Assembly (NCBI GenBank): GCA_010093815.1 | Contig: ML996574.1 | DNA from: Pseudovirgaria hyperparasitica | Lineage: Eukaryota | Length of the DNA: 64,000 nucleotides | Strand: one strand, 5' to 3' | Shown here: piece by piece, positions 61,756-64,000 of the stretch | How positions within the stretch are numbered: position 1 is the stretch's first letter | Layout: every line of letters starts with the position of its first letter | Made by a program: the position numbers and the translations under genes | Notes under the pieces: generated by a model | Database searches by the model: none | What the model was told of the DNA's origin: nothing | The model's input: the letters and a program-made list of their open reading frames with translations, nothing else

Positions 61756-62019
61756 CTATTTCCAGTCACCACGAAGTTGATCTATCTCCTTCTGTTCTCT
61801 CTTTTCTTCTTTCTTCTCCCGCTGGTATTCCTTTATCGAAAGTTCGCGTTCTTCCCGGACGGTTAGTGGTTCCTGCTCCCAGACCGGCTGCTTAGAATCT
61901 GGCTTCTTCGACTCTGGCTGCTTAGACTCTGACTCCTTCGATTCTGGCTGCTTCGCCTCCGGCTGCTTCAAGCTCGACGAATTAGAGGCTTGGGTTGCGG
62001 ATGAGTGTTTGTCTGACAT
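61756..62019 (-). CDS. Small hydrophilic protein with KQPES-type repeats
   Basis: 87-aa ATG-TAG ORF containing about six degenerate in-frame 15-bp repeats. Confidence 0.5.
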   Translation of the reverse strand: MSDKHSSATQASNSSSLKQPEAKQPESKESESKQPESKKPDSKQPVWEQEPLTVREERELSIKEYQREKKEEKREQKEIDQLRGDWK

Positions 62020-63125
62020 AATGACTTGGTTGTTTCTGTTTTGTATTCGTATGGAGTTCAGCTATACTCTGTACAGGAAGTAGCCTCGAAGGAGTTGATA
62101 GTGATGGTTGGTGATGAGAGAGGTACAAACAAAAAGAAGAGCTCTTGGGAAACATTCATATATCATTGTGCGGCTGTGGCATTGTTGGCATATAGAGACA
62201 TTCCAGCCAAATGTCTGAGAATGAATGGCAATATCCTGTTTGCAAGAAGGTCTCAGATCGGCACAACGTGTCTTCTCATTGCATTTGCACGCACGTTTGT
62301 GGTATGTGACAAGTAGTCAGGCAAACAGGAGTCTTGAAATATCTGCTGCTGAGACATTCGCCTCGTGATTCTTCTTGCTTCTTGGAGTTATGGTGGTTTA
62401 CAAAAAGTGCTAGAGTGTTGTTTGAGGCAAAAAGCCGGGGCTTTAGCCCATAGCTTCTCTATCCACGTCAGTTAGGGCTAAGAAGACAATGTATGGCGCT
62501 CTTGTAAGTTTGTCGCTGACAGCGTACGAATTGATGACTTGGAAAGTTTCGCCCAGAAAATGACGTGGTGCCAGGAAGAGTTGATTGATGTTCACTACCA
62601 ACGCAAGCAAAGCCTGTCCAAGCCTCTCACACATACCATCTACGCCAACCATATGAGCTTCCACGTTCTTAGGAAGTACCCTCAATAAACTTTATAGATA
62701 AACCTGACAAGCACTTCTGAACTGTCGCCAAAGGAATAGCATAAGACTGCCTTCGTGAATAATCTTACATTGCCAAAATTCGAAGGACCATGGCAGTACG
62801 TCCAACATGTTTGCTCTATGTGATGTGAGGTGATGGGCATAGTAAGTATGTTGATGCCCACAAAACATGATTTCATGGTATAATATCACGTCAATGAAAG
62901 AAAATGCGCCGTATGCGGTGCTTCTAAAGTCAAGTTTTGACTTCTCATGTCATTTCAAAAGTAGTTTGTACACGGAGACGTAGCTTGCAATAATGTTAGC
63001 CATTTCACAGTAGTGTAACATTAATTCATCTACGATATGTTCCGATTATAGACCCTGAGTGAAGTTCATCGTCTCTGGACTTCATTGGTATGTGGCTCAA
63101 TCCTTTATGCAGCTGGTGTCACCTC

Positions 63126-64000
63126 CTAAGGCTGCTTCGTGAGCCTTGCCATGCCTCCTCTTTCTTTATTGACCCGACTTCCGAACATGGCAGACCTTGC
63201 GACAACCATACCGTTTTCGCGCGGGTCATACAGTACGGGTTGTGCAGCAGTCATGCCTTTCTCGAACACTATTCCCATAACCGTCTGCGTCTCGAGATCA
63301 GGCCAGATGCTCGACATGCCAAATGGTGCACGACGCCACGGCTGCGGGTTAACAGGCTGCCCATTTACCATGTCTACACTCCATTGTACTGTAATCCAAC
63401 GAGGCCATGGCGCTGAGAGCATCCTATTGCGTAGGTCTCCAGAAGGGCCAGGTGAAAGCATTCGGTAAAACCAACAGTTGCCGACCATCTTGGCCATTTG
63501 GCAGATTGCATACATATGATCGCGTAGCTTGTACCACACCATACCGTACGTGAAGAGTCTGGCAGGAGCTAGCATGAACGTGTAAAGACGGATCGAAGCT
63601 ACACCCTTTGCGAGTTCGGCGATGAGATGGTCAGGGCATGAGAGCTGTGTTGGGTCCTTGTTGAACTTATCGACCAGACCGTCAAGCTCCTCCTGCTCAA
63701 TACCCAACCAGTTATGACGTGCTGTGGGTTTGTAGTGAGGGTCCATCGCCACCTGCGTCATCCACAGTCTGCCACTTGAAGCTATATCGACAACTTCCAT
63801 ACGGAGACTGGTATTCTCCGCTGAGTCCGCGCTGATACATCGGAGCATCTCTTCTTTCCCTGTATGTCCTTCGTTGATTGAGATAGCAGCTGTGCCGCCA
63901 AATTCGGCTAGCTGCGATGCAAAGATGCGGAAGTGAACTTGACGTGGTCGTGAATCATCCACATTATGTTTTGATTTTCGACCATACAGCTTCCGTAGTA
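63126..64000 (-). CDS. Hypothetical protein, 5' end outside the window
   Basis: Frame is open for about 290 codons to the window edge; no recognised motif. Confidence 0.6.
   Translation of the reverse strand, partial: LRKLYGRKSKHNVDDSRPRQVHFRIFASQLAEFGGTAAISINEGHTGKEEMLRCISADSAENTSLRMEVVDIASSGRLWMTQVAMDPHYKPTARHNWLGIEQEELDGLVDKFNKDPTQLSCPDHLIAELAKGVASIRLYTFMLAPARLFTYGMVWYKLRDHMYAICQMAKMVGNCWFYRMLSPGPSGDLRNRMLSAPWPRWITVQWSVDMVNGQPVNPQPWRRAPFGMSSIWPDLETQTVMGIVFEKGMTAAQPVLYDPRENGMVVARSAMFGSRVNKERGGMARLTKQP

Noticed and set aside
1..64000. Starship or other giant element, or a telomere
   Set aside because: No tyrosine-recombinase captain or TTAGGG array seen; patatin and HET genes alone are not diagnostic.

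Overview
Fungal (filamentous ascomycete) genomic DNA with two sharply separated compartments. Positions 1-19237 are an AT-rich, RIP-degenerated transposon nest (TpA-rich, CpA/TpG-poor): three copies or fragments of one Ty3/Gypsy chromovirus family (A), one copy of a second chromovirus family (B), a solo LTR with a 5-bp TSD, and the 3' end of a hAT DNA transposon whose terminus interrupts a GH5 glucanase gene at the compartment boundary. Both chromovirus families carry, between pol and the 3' LTR, a relic multi-intron gene on the antisense strand. When RIP changes are reversed by eye, it encodes a Cys-cluster plus a C-terminal coiled coil; this is the most unusual signal in the window. Positions 19238-64000 are gene-rich euchromatin: PhoD phosphatase, a membrane protein, an S28 peptidase with an in-frame stop, a small Cys-rich secreted protein missed by the ORF track, a P450, a zinc-finger/GTPase/RING/patatin multidomain gene, a DUF3445-like gene that joins two ORFs, a GT8, a Clr5-domain protein, a HET-domain protein, RDH54/RAD54B, SDA1, an intron-containing tRNA-Phe, an aberrant tRNA-like element and several hypothetical genes. 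All domain calls come from motif recognition by eye; no database searches were run, and exon boundaries were inferred manually.
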